From Fibrobacteria bacterium (GTDB taxonomy: Bacteria > Fibrobacterota > Fibrobacteria > UBA11236), in assembly GCA_050486505.1 (NCBI GenBank), contig JBJHDK010000021.1:1-34653 (forward strand): a DNA stretch of 34,653 bases. The letters are read 5' to 3'. Shown here in pieces: positions 9,082-17,845 of this stretch. Each line of letters starts with the position of its first letter. The first letter of the stretch is position 1. The position numbers and the translations under genes are program-made. The notes beneath the pieces are model-generated. The model ran no database searches. It was not told where the DNA came from and saw only the letters and a program-made list of their open reading frames with translations.

Positions 9082-10598
9082 GGTGATCCTTTCGGGAGTC
9101 GTCGGTTTGTGAAATGCAGGAGGCGCGGTTCGCCTTTGGAAGTTTTCTCGCGCACCCATGCCGTTCCGGTCGGAGTTCCAGGCACGCGGCGGCCGTCGAG
9201 GCCGCGCACTTCGTAGCGGTCGGGGTTGAGCAAAACGTCGGCGGCCCGGATGGATGCATGGGGGACGGGCCGCGCCGGAGTTCCACGGACGTTGGCAGGA
9301 GGCGCAGGGATCATGTCGGGGGACTCCAAGATGAAAATCGCCCCGTTGTCGGAGGAGAAGTTGTAGGTGGTCGATCCCTGGTGGATGCTGACGGCGAACA
9401 CGCGTCCCCGCGCGTCCTTGTCGAAGGAGACGACATTCGGGACCGACGCGATTTGCGCGTATTCGAAGAGCACGCCGTCGGCCTGGCGCATGGCCCAGAC
9501 ACGGTTGGTACCGAAATCGCCGAAGATGTAGTGTTCATGAAAGGCCGACGTCGGGCTGCCCATGAAAAACACGCCGCCGGTCACGGAGATGCCTTGGGAA
9601 CGCGGCAGATCCAGGACGGGTTGCACGACCCCGTCCCAGCTGCAGGGACCCGAAAAGCAGTGGAACCCCTCCCACATCCTCCACCCCAGGTTCCCCCCCT
9701 TGGGAACCCTGGTGATTTTTTCGCGCGTGGATTGCCCGACATCTCCCAGCCAGATTTCTCCGGTATAGGGGTGGAAGTCCCACTTCCATGGGCTTCGGAG
9801 TCCTGTTGCCCAGATTTCGGGAAGATAGCCCGACTGGCCGACGAAGGGGTTGTCGGCGGGCACGGCATAGTTGCGTGTCGTGTCCTGGGGAAAGGCATCA
9901 GGGCCGTCCACGTCGATTCGGATCAGCTTGCCATGCAGCACGCCCGGGTTTTGCGCGAGATTGTCCGGGTCCCCCGCACCGCCGCCATCGCCGATGGCGG
10001 TGTAGAGGTAGCCGTCTGGGCCGAAGCGCAGGGTTCCGCCGCTGTGGTAGATGCGGGGTTTGGGCAAGGCCAGGACCACGCGCTGGGGGTTGTCTGAACC
10101 TTGCAGGAGCGTGGAATCGGCCGTGCGCTCCGCCAGCACGATGGTCCCGGGGTAAACGGTCCCCCCGGGGTAGGCCGGATCCTCGTAGTAGATGTAGTAC
10201 TTGCGGTTGTTCGCGTATTCCGGATGAAAGGCGAAGCCCAGCATACCCCCGTCGTCGGTGAGGCCGCCAGGCGTCCCTTCGCCCGGCCCCCGGGGACTGA
10301 CCGTTCCGGTGATTCCCCGCACGTACGCGCTGTCGAAGCGGGACTTCACCCATTCACCGTTTTCACGGTGCACGCGCGTGATCCCGCCGGATTGCCGGAG
10401 TACGAGGTAGGTGCTGTCGAAACCGGGGAAGGGTTTGAACAGCACGGGTCGCTCGAAGGTAAAGCCCTCGCCGAAGTAGTTGCGCACGGTCACGTTGTCG
10501 GGAATGGCGGCCTGAACCGTGACCGCGCCCGCCAGCAGAACCGGGACGGCCTTGAGCAAGGTCGTTGCCGCGGCGCTTGTTCCGGTCTTGCCACTCAT
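9078..10598 (-). CDS. GSDH/PQQ-dependent sugar dehydrogenase family protein 5 with C-terminal GLDGR module
   Basis: ATG at 10598 overlaps the upstream stop (ATGA). Signal peptide ...VLLAGAVTVQA. Motifs DDGGMLGFAFHP, YHSGG, GLRSPW, DVGQ. Confidence 0.88.
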   Translation of the reverse strand: MSGKTGTSAAATTLLKAVPVLLAGAVTVQAAIPDNVTVRNYFGEGFTFERPVLFKPFPGFDSTYLVLRQSGGITRVHRENGEWVKSRFDSAYVRGITGTVSPRGPGEGTPGGLTDDGGMLGFAFHPEYANNRKYYIYYEDPAYPGGTVYPGTIVLAERTADSTLLQGSDNPQRVVLALPKPRIYHSGGTLRFGPDGYLYTAIGDGGGAGDPDNLAQNPGVLHGKLIRIDVDGPDAFPQDTTRNYAVPADNPFVGQSGYLPEIWATGLRSPWKWDFHPYTGEIWLGDVGQSTREKITRVPKGGNLGWRMWEGFHCFSGPCSWDGVVQPVLDLPRSQGISVTGGVFFMGSPTSAFHEHYIFGDFGTNRVWAMRQADGVLFEYAQIASVPNVVSFDKDARGRVFAVSIHQGSTTYNFSSDNGAIFILESPDMIPAPPANVRGTPARPVPHASIRAADVLLNPDRYEVRGLDGRRVPGTPTGTAWVREKTSKGEPRLLHFTNRRLPKGSP

Positions 10599-12100
10599 CG
10601 GATCACCGTGACCAATTGCGGGACGGCATCGCTTCCGCGCAGCCGTACCCACACCGTTCCGGTCGGGACACCGTGAACGCGGCGGCCGTCGAGCCCGCGG
10701 ATTTCGTAGCGCGAGGGGTCGCGGCGCACGTCTGAAGCCAGGATGCCAGAACCGTGCGCCCTGCGCGGTTGCACTCCGCGGGCGAGACGCACAGGGGGGG
10801 ATGAAGGGGGAGCGGGAAGCATGTAGGGCGACTCCAGAATTTGCACCGTCCCTGTGTTGTTCCACCCAGAAGATGAGCGGATGCCCACAGCGAGCAGGCG
10901 GCCAAGGTAATCCTTATGGAAGGACACTACCGCGAATACGGTTGCGATCTGTGATCGCTCGAACACCGAATCGCCTTCGACGCGCATGGCCCAGACCCGG
11001 TTGGTTCCGTAGTCTCCGAAGATGTAAAGACCGTCGAAAGGACTTCCCGGCTCACCTTCGAAGAACGTGCCGCCGCTGACCGAGACCGATTCGCTGCGGG
11101 GAAGATCGAGCACAGGGCGTGTCATGCCATCCCAACTGCAGGGGCCGGAGAAACAGTGGAAGCCTTCCCACATTTTCCATCCCAGGTTGCCCCCCTCCGG
11201 GACTCGCGTCACTTTCTCGCGCGTGGATTGTCCGACGTCGCCCAACCAGATGTCCCGGGTATTCGGTTCGAAGTCCCAGCGCCAAGGGCTGCGCAGGCCG
11301 GTTGCCCAGATTTCCGGATAATAGGCGGACTGGCCCACGAAGGGGTTGTCCTGGGGGATGGCGTAGTTGCGATCGGGATCTTGAGGGAATGCGTCGGGGC
11401 CGTCGACGTCGATGCGGAGCATTTTGCCATGCAGGGTGCCAGGGGTTTGCGCACGGTTTCCGGGGTCTCCACCGCTGCCTCCGTCGCCGATGGCTGTGTA
11501 GAGGTAGCCGTCCTCGGCGAAGCGCAGGGTTCCGCCGCTGTGCCAAATGTAGGGTTTCGGGATGGCCAGGATCACCCGCTGGGGCGCATTCGATCCCGCA
11601 AGCAGGGTGGAGTCGGCCAAGCGCTCGGCGATCACGATGGTGCCGGGGTAAACGGTTCCCCCGGGGTATGCGGGGTCGACGTACTTGACGTAATACTTGC
11701 GGTTTTCCCCGTAGTTCGGGTGGAAGGCGAATCCCATCAGGCCGCCGTCGTCCGTCGTTCCTCCGGGATTCCCCTCGCCGGGGCCGCGCGGGTTTGTCCT
11801 GCCGTTCACGCCGGTGACATACACGCTGTCGAAGCGATGCTTCGTCCATGCGGTTGCGTCATGTTCCATGCGCACCATCCCGCCGGTTTGCTCCAGGACG
11901 AGGTAGGTGCTGTCGAAGCCCGGTATATCGAGAATCACGGTTGGCCGGTTGAAGGACGTGCCCTGTCCGAAAAAATTGCGGGTGGTCACGTCGCCAGGGA
12001 TCGCAGTCTGCACTTTGGGTGCCAAAAACGTGGCGACCATGGTAGCGAAAACGCAAAAAAAGACGCCCCTAGGGGAGGGGGTTGCGAAAGAGACGGGCAT
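10595..12100 (-). CDS. GSDH/PQQ-dependent sugar dehydrogenase family protein 6 with C-terminal GLDGR module
   Basis: Hydrophobic N-terminus. Motifs DDGGLMGFAFHP, WHSGG, GLRSPW, DVGQ. Closest paralogue of protein 5. Confidence 0.88.
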   Translation of the reverse strand: MPVSFATPSPRGVFFCVFATMVATFLAPKVQTAIPGDVTTRNFFGQGTSFNRPTVILDIPGFDSTYLVLEQTGGMVRMEHDATAWTKHRFDSVYVTGVNGRTNPRGPGEGNPGGTTDDGGLMGFAFHPNYGENRKYYVKYVDPAYPGGTVYPGTIVIAERLADSTLLAGSNAPQRVILAIPKPYIWHSGGTLRFAEDGYLYTAIGDGGSGGDPGNRAQTPGTLHGKMLRIDVDGPDAFPQDPDRNYAIPQDNPFVGQSAYYPEIWATGLRSPWRWDFEPNTRDIWLGDVGQSTREKVTRVPEGGNLGWKMWEGFHCFSGPCSWDGMTRPVLDLPRSESVSVSGGTFFEGEPGSPFDGLYIFGDYGTNRVWAMRVEGDSVFERSQIATVFAVVSFHKDYLGRLLAVGIRSSSGWNNTGTVQILESPYMLPAPPSSPPVRLARGVQPRRAHGSGILASDVRRDPSRYEIRGLDGRRVHGVPTGTVWVRLRGSDAVPQLVTVIR

Positions 12101-12249
12101 GTTCCCCTAATATAGGGGCGAATGCCGGATATCGCTGACGATAACTTCCGTTCCCCGAAGGACAAGATCCCGGGGGCCAAAATCTGCGAAATCAGGGGTG
12201 TGAGCGGACCAAAAAGGTCACTGAAGCGACCATTCGTGCGAAATAAACG

Positions 12250-13632
12250 TCAATCCCCGCCGCGCAGGTTATGAAACAGGCGCGGGGCCCCTGAGCCGCC
12301 CTTTTCGTACACGAGAAACACGCCCGGGGGCAGCCCCTCGACCGTGCGACCATCGAGGCCCCGCAGCACGAAACGATGGCGATCGCGCAGCAGTTCCGCG
12401 CGGGTGATGGGCATGAGGCGCGCCGCGGCTCCGGGACGAAGGGACGCGGCGGTTCCCGGCAGCATGCCGGGAGCCACCAGGTGATACACCATGCCCTGGT
12501 TGAGGGCCGCGGCAAGGATGTGCCCTTGGCGATCACGGTTCACGGTCGAAACGGCCGGTACCGCAACAAGCATCGCGGTGTCGGTGAGTGCTCCTTGCGT
12601 GAAACGGGCGCCGTAGATGCGGCCGGTGGAATAGTTCCCATAGATGTAGATGTCGTGGAAGGCGGCGGTGGGGTCGTCGAAAAACACGCCTCCGATCACG
12701 GCGCTGGGGCGTCCTCCGTGCGGCAGGGGAAGAATCGGGCTCGAAAAGCCGGTGGCCTCGCATCGCTCGATCCGTCGCGGAAAGCAGTCGAGGCCTTCCC
12801 GGATGCGCCAACCGTGGTTCGAACCCTTGTGGATCACGGAAATTTTCTCGTAGTGGTTTTCTCCCACGTCACCGGCCCAGATTTCCCCGGTGGAGGGATG
12901 AAAGGACCACTTCCAGGGATTGCGCAAGCCGAGCGCCCAGATTTCCGGGGCATACTCTTCGTGTCCCACGAACGGGTTGTCGTGTGGTACGCCGTAATTC
13001 CTGGTGGTGTCGTCGGGGAAGGCGTCGGGCGCGTCGACGTCGAGGCGCAGGAATTTGCCCAGGATTTCGCCGGGGTCCTGGGCGCGGTTTCCGGGATCGC
13101 CATGGTCGCCGCCGTCACCGAGGCCGAGATAGAGGAAGCCGTCCCTTCCGAAACCCAGGGTTCCGCCCGCATGCCAGTAATGCGGCTGCGGAACCGAAAG
13201 CAAGGTTCGCAGCGGCGGGCCTCCGGCGTCGCGAAGCAGGACGCTGTCGACCCGGCGCTCCTCGAGCTTCGAGACTCCCGGGGCGGGGTGTGCCGTGTAG
13301 TAGACGTAATACTTGAGGTTCTCTTCGAAGGCGGGGTGAAAAGCCAGGCCGAGCAATCCGTTGTCGTGGGCCGGCCCGAGGGCAGGCATCTGCGCGAACA
13401 GCGTTTTGACCCAGGTGGTTCCATCCCATTCCACGGCCATGATGTTCCCCGCCTGCTCGAGCACGAGATAAGCGCTGTCGCGGCCTGGAACCTGCTCGAC
13501 ATGCACCGGATTCAGGAACGTGTGCGTGCCGAAGTAGTTGCGCACCGTGACCCCGCCAGGGACGGAGGCGCCGGCGAGGGAGGCCGCGAGCGCGAACGCG
13601 GCCGCCGCGGCTTTGATGGACGCATGTCGCAT
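12250..13632 (-). CDS. GSDH/PQQ-dependent sugar dehydrogenase family protein 7 with C-terminal GLDGR module
   Basis: Signal peptide MRHASIKAAAAAFALAASLAGA. Motifs DNGLLGLAFHP, WHAGG, GDGG, GLRNPW, DVGE. Confidence 0.88.
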   Translation of the reverse strand: MRHASIKAAAAAFALAASLAGASVPGGVTVRNYFGTHTFLNPVHVEQVPGRDSAYLVLEQAGNIMAVEWDGTTWVKTLFAQMPALGPAHDNGLLGLAFHPAFEENLKYYVYYTAHPAPGVSKLEERRVDSVLLRDAGGPPLRTLLSVPQPHYWHAGGTLGFGRDGFLYLGLGDGGDHGDPGNRAQDPGEILGKFLRLDVDAPDAFPDDTTRNYGVPHDNPFVGHEEYAPEIWALGLRNPWKWSFHPSTGEIWAGDVGENHYEKISVIHKGSNHGWRIREGLDCFPRRIERCEATGFSSPILPLPHGGRPSAVIGGVFFDDPTAAFHDIYIYGNYSTGRIYGARFTQGALTDTAMLVAVPAVSTVNRDRQGHILAAALNQGMVYHLVAPGMLPGTAASLRPGAAARLMPITRAELLRDRHRFVLRGLDGRTVEGLPPGVFLVYEKGGSGAPRLFHNLRGGD

Positions 13633-13685
13633 GGCGGAAAATCTACAACACGACCCCTGCGAAGGGGGCTTGCGGGGAGAACCCC

Positions 13686-14471
13686 CTACATCCCCTGCCA
13701 GAACTTGAAGTTGGTTTCCTCGATCTCGTGGAGCGAGGGCATGGCGAAGAACTTGTGTCGCTCGCCCTCCGAGAACATGAACCCGTGGCGGATGCGCTTG
13801 TACGAGATCTGGTCGAGCGGGCAGAACAGGGAAAGGCCCTTGGTCTTCTTGCCGGGCTTCGACTGCATTTCCAGGATCGAATCCCGCAGCTTCGAGGGGT
13901 GCAGGAAGGGGAAGGGCGCCTGCGCGAACGGATTCGACTCGAAGGTCTCAAGAAACTCGTTGATGTTGAGCTCGATCTGGGTGTAGAAGAGCTTGGGTGC
14001 GCCCTTGGTGTTGCCGGGCGCGGTGATGAAGCTGCCGAACTCGGGCATCGACAGCGGTGACATCACCAGCATCGACAGCGGTGCGATCTCGGCGAAGGTG
14101 CGCAGGTAGCCCGACTCGTGTTTTTTCGTGTAGGTTCCCGGCGACAACTCGAGCACCTGCGCCTCGGCATTGGTGAGGTACACCTTGCGGATCGCGTCGA
14201 GGTCCATGTGCTCCATCACGCGGTAGGAGCTGATGAACTTGGTGCGCTTGGGGGTTCCGTCGTCGTGGGGCTTCAGGTTGTTGAACACCTCGTCGATCTT
14301 GAAGTAAGGGTGACGGAACTCCGGGTCGATCTCGGCGAAGACGAGCTTGCCGTTGTAGTGCCGGATCGACCCCACCAGATAGTGGCGCGCGAACGCGGAC
14401 GGGTCGAGATGCGACGCGATCAGCGCCTGGTTCGGGTACAGGATCTGGTACAGGTGTTTTTCGTAGTGCAT
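13686..14471 (-). CDS. Conserved hypothetical cytoplasmic protein (261 aa), operonic with hppA
   Basis: Natural amino-acid composition and GC3-biased codons. Starts 3 nt after the hppA stop. No motif recognised. Confidence 0.8.
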   Translation of the reverse strand: MHYEKHLYQILYPNQALIASHLDPSAFARHYLVGSIRHYNGKLVFAEIDPEFRHPYFKIDEVFNNLKPHDDGTPKRTKFISSYRVMEHMDLDAIRKVYLTNAEAQVLELSPGTYTKKHESGYLRTFAEIAPLSMLVMSPLSMPEFGSFITAPGNTKGAPKLFYTQIELNINEFLETFESNPFAQAPFPFLHPSKLRDSILEMQSKPGKKTKGLSLFCPLDQISYKRIRHGFMFSEGERHKFFAMPSLHEIEETNFKFWQGM

Positions 14472-14474
14472 GAT

Positions 14475-16550
14475 TCAGTATCCCCAGTAGCGACGAAGAA
14501 TCGGTGCGATCACGACGGACATGACGCCCATCAATTTGATCAGGATGTTGAGCGAAGGGCCGGCCGTGTCCTTGAACGGGTCGCCGACGGTGTCGCCCAC
14601 GACCGAGGCCTTGTGCGCGTCGGAGCCCTTGCCGCCGGCCGCGCCGCCCTCGATGGTTTTCTTGGCGTTGTCCCACGCGCCGCCGCTGTTCGACATGAAG
14701 ATGGCCAGCGACACGCCCGACACGGTCACGCCGATCAGGAAGCCGGTGAGCATGGGAACGCCGCCCAGGAAGCCGACGGCCACGGGCGAGAAGATCACCA
14801 GCAGGCCGGGCAGAATCATTTCGCGGAGTGCGGCGCGCGTGGAGATGTCGACGCAGCGCCCGTAGTCGGGCTCGGTGGTGCCTTCCAGGATCCCCTTGAT
14901 GGTGCGGAACTGGCGGCGTACTTCCTCGACCATGGCGAAGGCCGCGCGGCCCACCGACATCATGCACATCGAGGAGAAGAGATAGGGGACCATGCCGCCG
15001 AGCAGCAGGCCGGTGAGCACCATGGGGTTGGTGATTTCGACGACCCCGACGCCGGTTTCTTCCTTGAAGGCTGAGAACAGCACCACCGAGGTGAGGGCGG
15101 CCGATGCGGTGGCGAAACCCTTGCCGATGGCGGCGGTGGTGTTGCCCACGGCATCGAGCTTGTCGGTGTTGGCGCGCACGCCCGGCGGCATCTCCGACAT
15201 TTCGGCGAGGCCGCCGGCGTTGTCGGCGATGGGGCCGAAGGCGTCGACCGCGAGCTGGATGGCGAGGAAAAGCTGCACGCCGATGGTGGCGATGGCCACG
15301 CCGTAGAGGCCCGCCTGCCAGTAGCCGAGCAGCACCACGGCCGCCATCACGATGATGGAGAGGGCGGTCGATGCCATGCCCACGCCCATACCGGTGATGA
15401 GGTTGGTGGCCGGCCCGGTCTCGGAAGCACGCACGATGGAGTTCACCGGGCGGCGGTCGGTGCCGGTGTAGTACTCCGTGAGCAGGCCGATGGCGGTGCC
15501 GCCGACCACGCCGATGACGGTCGCCCAGAACAGATTGACGGCGCCCATGCCGTCGCCGAAGGTCTCGCCGCCCAGCGTCAAGCTCGCGATGGGGTAGCTG
15601 AAAAGCGCGCCGAGGCCGGCGGCGACGAAGGTGCCGCGGTTCAGGGCTGCCTGCGCCGAGCCGTTCTCGCCCATGCGCACCAGGGCCATGCCGATGATCG
15701 ATGCGACGACGCCGCCGGCCGCCAGTGTCAGCGGCAGCATCATCAGTTTGAGCTTCACGTCCACGGCGGCTTCCACGGCGAGGCCGAGGATCATGCAGCC
15801 GAGCACCGTGGCCACGAAGGATTCGTAAAGGTCGGCTCCCATGCCGGCCACGTCGCCCACGTTGTCGCCCACGTTGTCGGCGATGGTGGCCGGGTTGCGC
15901 GGGTCGTCCTCGGGGATGCCGGCCTCGACCTTGCCGACCAGGTCGGCGCCCACGTCGGCGGCCTTGGTGTAGATGCCGCCGCCGACGCGTGCGAAGAGCG
16001 CGATGCAGGAGGCGCCAAGCGCGAACCCTGAGAGCACGGGCAGCGACCACATGCCGATTTCCTCGACCGTGCGGCCGAAGGCGCTGATCGAGGTGTAAAG
16101 GATGGCCGAGATGCCCGTGAGGGCGAGGCCCATCACGCTGAGGCCCATCACGGAGCCGCCGGTGAAGGACACCTTCAGCGCCGCGCTCAGGCTGTCGCGC
16201 GCGGCCCAGGCCGTGCGGCTGTTCGCCTGCGTGGCGACCTTCATGCCGAAATATCCGGCGAGTCCCGAACACACCGCACCAATGAGGAAGGTCACCGCCT
16301 CCCAGCGCAGGAAGTGCGTGTTGCCGAACCACAGGAGAATGGCCGCCACGATCGAGAAGGGCAGCAGCACCTTGTACTCGCGCATCAGGAAGGCCATGGC
16401 CCCCTTCGATACGTAGCCGCCGATGCGGCGCAGCTTCTCGTCGGGGACTTCCAGCGCGGTGACCCACCGCGATTTCCATGCGGCATAGAGCAGGGCGACA
16501 AGCCCCCCCGCGAAACCGATCAGCAGGGGCAGTTCAAGAGTGGTGTCCAT
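14475..16550 (-). CDS. hppA: Membrane-bound ion-translocating pyrophosphatase, K+-dependent type (probably Na+-translocating)
   Basis: Signature motifs RVGGGIYTKAADVGADLVGKVE, EDDPRNPATIADNVGDNVGD, GPIADNAGG, GGAWDNAKK, GDTVGDPFKD. GNTTAA (Ala rather than Lys) is the K+-dependence determinant. Confidence 0.97.
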   Translation of the reverse strand: MDTTLELPLLIGFAGGLVALLYAAWKSRWVTALEVPDEKLRRIGGYVSKGAMAFLMREYKVLLPFSIVAAILLWFGNTHFLRWEAVTFLIGAVCSGLAGYFGMKVATQANSRTAWAARDSLSAALKVSFTGGSVMGLSVMGLALTGISAILYTSISAFGRTVEEIGMWSLPVLSGFALGASCIALFARVGGGIYTKAADVGADLVGKVEAGIPEDDPRNPATIADNVGDNVGDVAGMGADLYESFVATVLGCMILGLAVEAAVDVKLKLMMLPLTLAAGGVVASIIGMALVRMGENGSAQAALNRGTFVAAGLGALFSYPIASLTLGGETFGDGMGAVNLFWATVIGVVGGTAIGLLTEYYTGTDRRPVNSIVRASETGPATNLITGMGVGMASTALSIIVMAAVVLLGYWQAGLYGVAIATIGVQLFLAIQLAVDAFGPIADNAGGLAEMSEMPPGVRANTDKLDAVGNTTAAIGKGFATASAALTSVVLFSAFKEETGVGVVEITNPMVLTGLLLGGMVPYLFSSMCMMSVGRAAFAMVEEVRRQFRTIKGILEGTTEPDYGRCVDISTRAALREMILPGLLVIFSPVAVGFLGGVPMLTGFLIGVTVSGVSLAIFMSNSGGAWDNAKKTIEGGAAGGKGSDAHKASVVGDTVGDPFKDTAGPSLNILIKLMGVMSVVIAPILRRYWGY

Positions 16551-16681
16551 GAAATCCTCGTGGGGCAGGGGACGATTGACGTCTCACGCTGTCCGGAATG
16601 TACGGCCAAAAAGTGGGCGGGAAGGGCGGAAGTTCGCCCGAAGCCCGTTTTTTTAATGTTTGGGAAACTTAAAAACATCCC

Positions 16682-17689
16682 ATGCCTTCGTCCTCGCCGT
16701 CTCCCTCCGTCGCCTTCGTCTTCAACGGCGACGCCGACGGGATTGTCAGCCAGCACCTCGCGGAGCTCTCGGGGCTTCGGCCCGACCTGCGCATCACCGG
16801 TCTCAAGCGCGAGATCCGCTTGCTCGAGCGCCTACCTTCGGGCTTTGCGGGAACGGCCTGGGTCTTCGATATCAGTCTCGACGCCAACCGCCCGGCTCTC
16901 GGACGCCTCCTCGGGAACCCCGACGTCGCCGTGCGCTGGTTCGACCACCACGAGCCCGGTGAAATCCCCGCATCCCCGCGCCTCGAAACCCGCATCGTCA
17001 CCGCGCGCGGGACATGCACCGGCCTCATCGCCCACGCCGAATTCCCCGGCGCCGATCCGCGCTGGGCCGCCATGGCCGCCTTCGGCGACAACGTGCCCGA
17101 GGCCGCCGATGCGCTGTTGCGCCCGCTCGGCATTGCTCCCGAAGAGCGCGAGGCCGTGCGCGAGGCGGGGGAGTTGCTCAACTACAACGCCTATGGCGAA
17201 ACCATCGATGATGTGCTCGTCCCTCCGCTGCAGGTGGCCGAGCGCATGCGTTCCTTTCGCACGGTGGCGGAGTTTCTGCAGGAGAGCGGGTTGATCCCGG
17301 CGTTGCGCGAGCAACTGCGACTGGATGAAGAGAAGATGGGGGTGCTCTCCCCGGTCGAAGCGGTGGAGGGGGCGGCCCTGTATCGCTTGCCCGCCGAACC
17401 GTGGGCGCGGCGCCTGGGCTCCACCTTCGCGAACCGTGCCGCGCTCGCGGAGCCCGGCCGCGCGGTGGCGGTGCTGCATCCCTTGCGCGACGGATCCTTC
17501 CAGGTGTCGATCCGCGCACCGCGCGGCCGGCCGGACGCGCCCGCCGCCGCCGATCTTGCCCGGGAGTATCCTTCCGGCGGTGGCCGCGCCCTCGCGGCGG
17601 GCATCAACCGGTTGCCCGAGGATCAGGTCGACACCTTCGCGCGGCGGTTCCACGCCCTGTACGGGCGACCTGCAGGTCGCCCTTACTGA
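16682..17689 (+). CDS. DHH family phosphoesterase
   Basis: FNGDADG, DIS, FDHH and C-terminal SGGGR(ALAAG) DHH/DHHA1 motifs. Confidence 0.85.
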   Translation: MPSSSPSPSVAFVFNGDADGIVSQHLAELSGLRPDLRITGLKREIRLLERLPSGFAGTAWVFDISLDANRPALGRLLGNPDVAVRWFDHHEPGEIPASPRLETRIVTARGTCTGLIAHAEFPGADPRWAAMAAFGDNVPEAADALLRPLGIAPEEREAVREAGELLNYNAYGETIDDVLVPPLQVAERMRSFRTVAEFLQESGLIPALREQLRLDEEKMGVLSPVEAVEGAALYRLPAEPWARRLGSTFANRAALAEPGRAVAVLHPLRDGSFQVSIRAPRGRPDAPAAADLAREYPSGGGRALAAGINRLPEDQVDTFARRFHALYGRPAGRPY

Positions 17690-17700
17690 CCGCTGCGCTC

Positions 17701-17760
17701 CTCCCCTCTCCCGAGCCTGCCCCGGCGCAGGCCGGGGGGAGAGGGGGCGGGGGTGAGGGC
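17701..17760. repeat. REP-like intergenic inverted repeat (CCCCTCTCCC...GGGAGAGGGG...GGGGTGAGGG)
   Basis: Arms CCCCTCTCCC / GGGAGAGGGG around an inner GCCTGC / GCAGGC stem, directly after the DHH stop. Confidence 0.6.
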
Positions 17761-17845
17761 ATTCGATTCCGAAGGTGGCGCCGTTGGCCCATACGGAACG
17801 CGTTGATCCAGGCGCCCGTCCCCCCGATTCTTACCTTTGCCCACC

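Noticed and set aside
4752..12115. Long plus-strand ORFs (4752..7517, 7609..9216, 9114..10097, 11156..12115)
   Set aside because: Antisense shadows of the GC-rich GSDH genes, with no motifs and composition typical of reverse-frame translation.
13948..16479. 843-aa Arg-rich ORF
   Set aside because: Alternative frame of hppA caused by GC3 bias.
17690..17845. Lysine riboswitch upstream of lysC
   Set aside because: The 156-bp gap is largely a REP-like hairpin, I see no L-box consensus, and a -10-like box sits 8 nt from the ATG, leaving no room for a leader.
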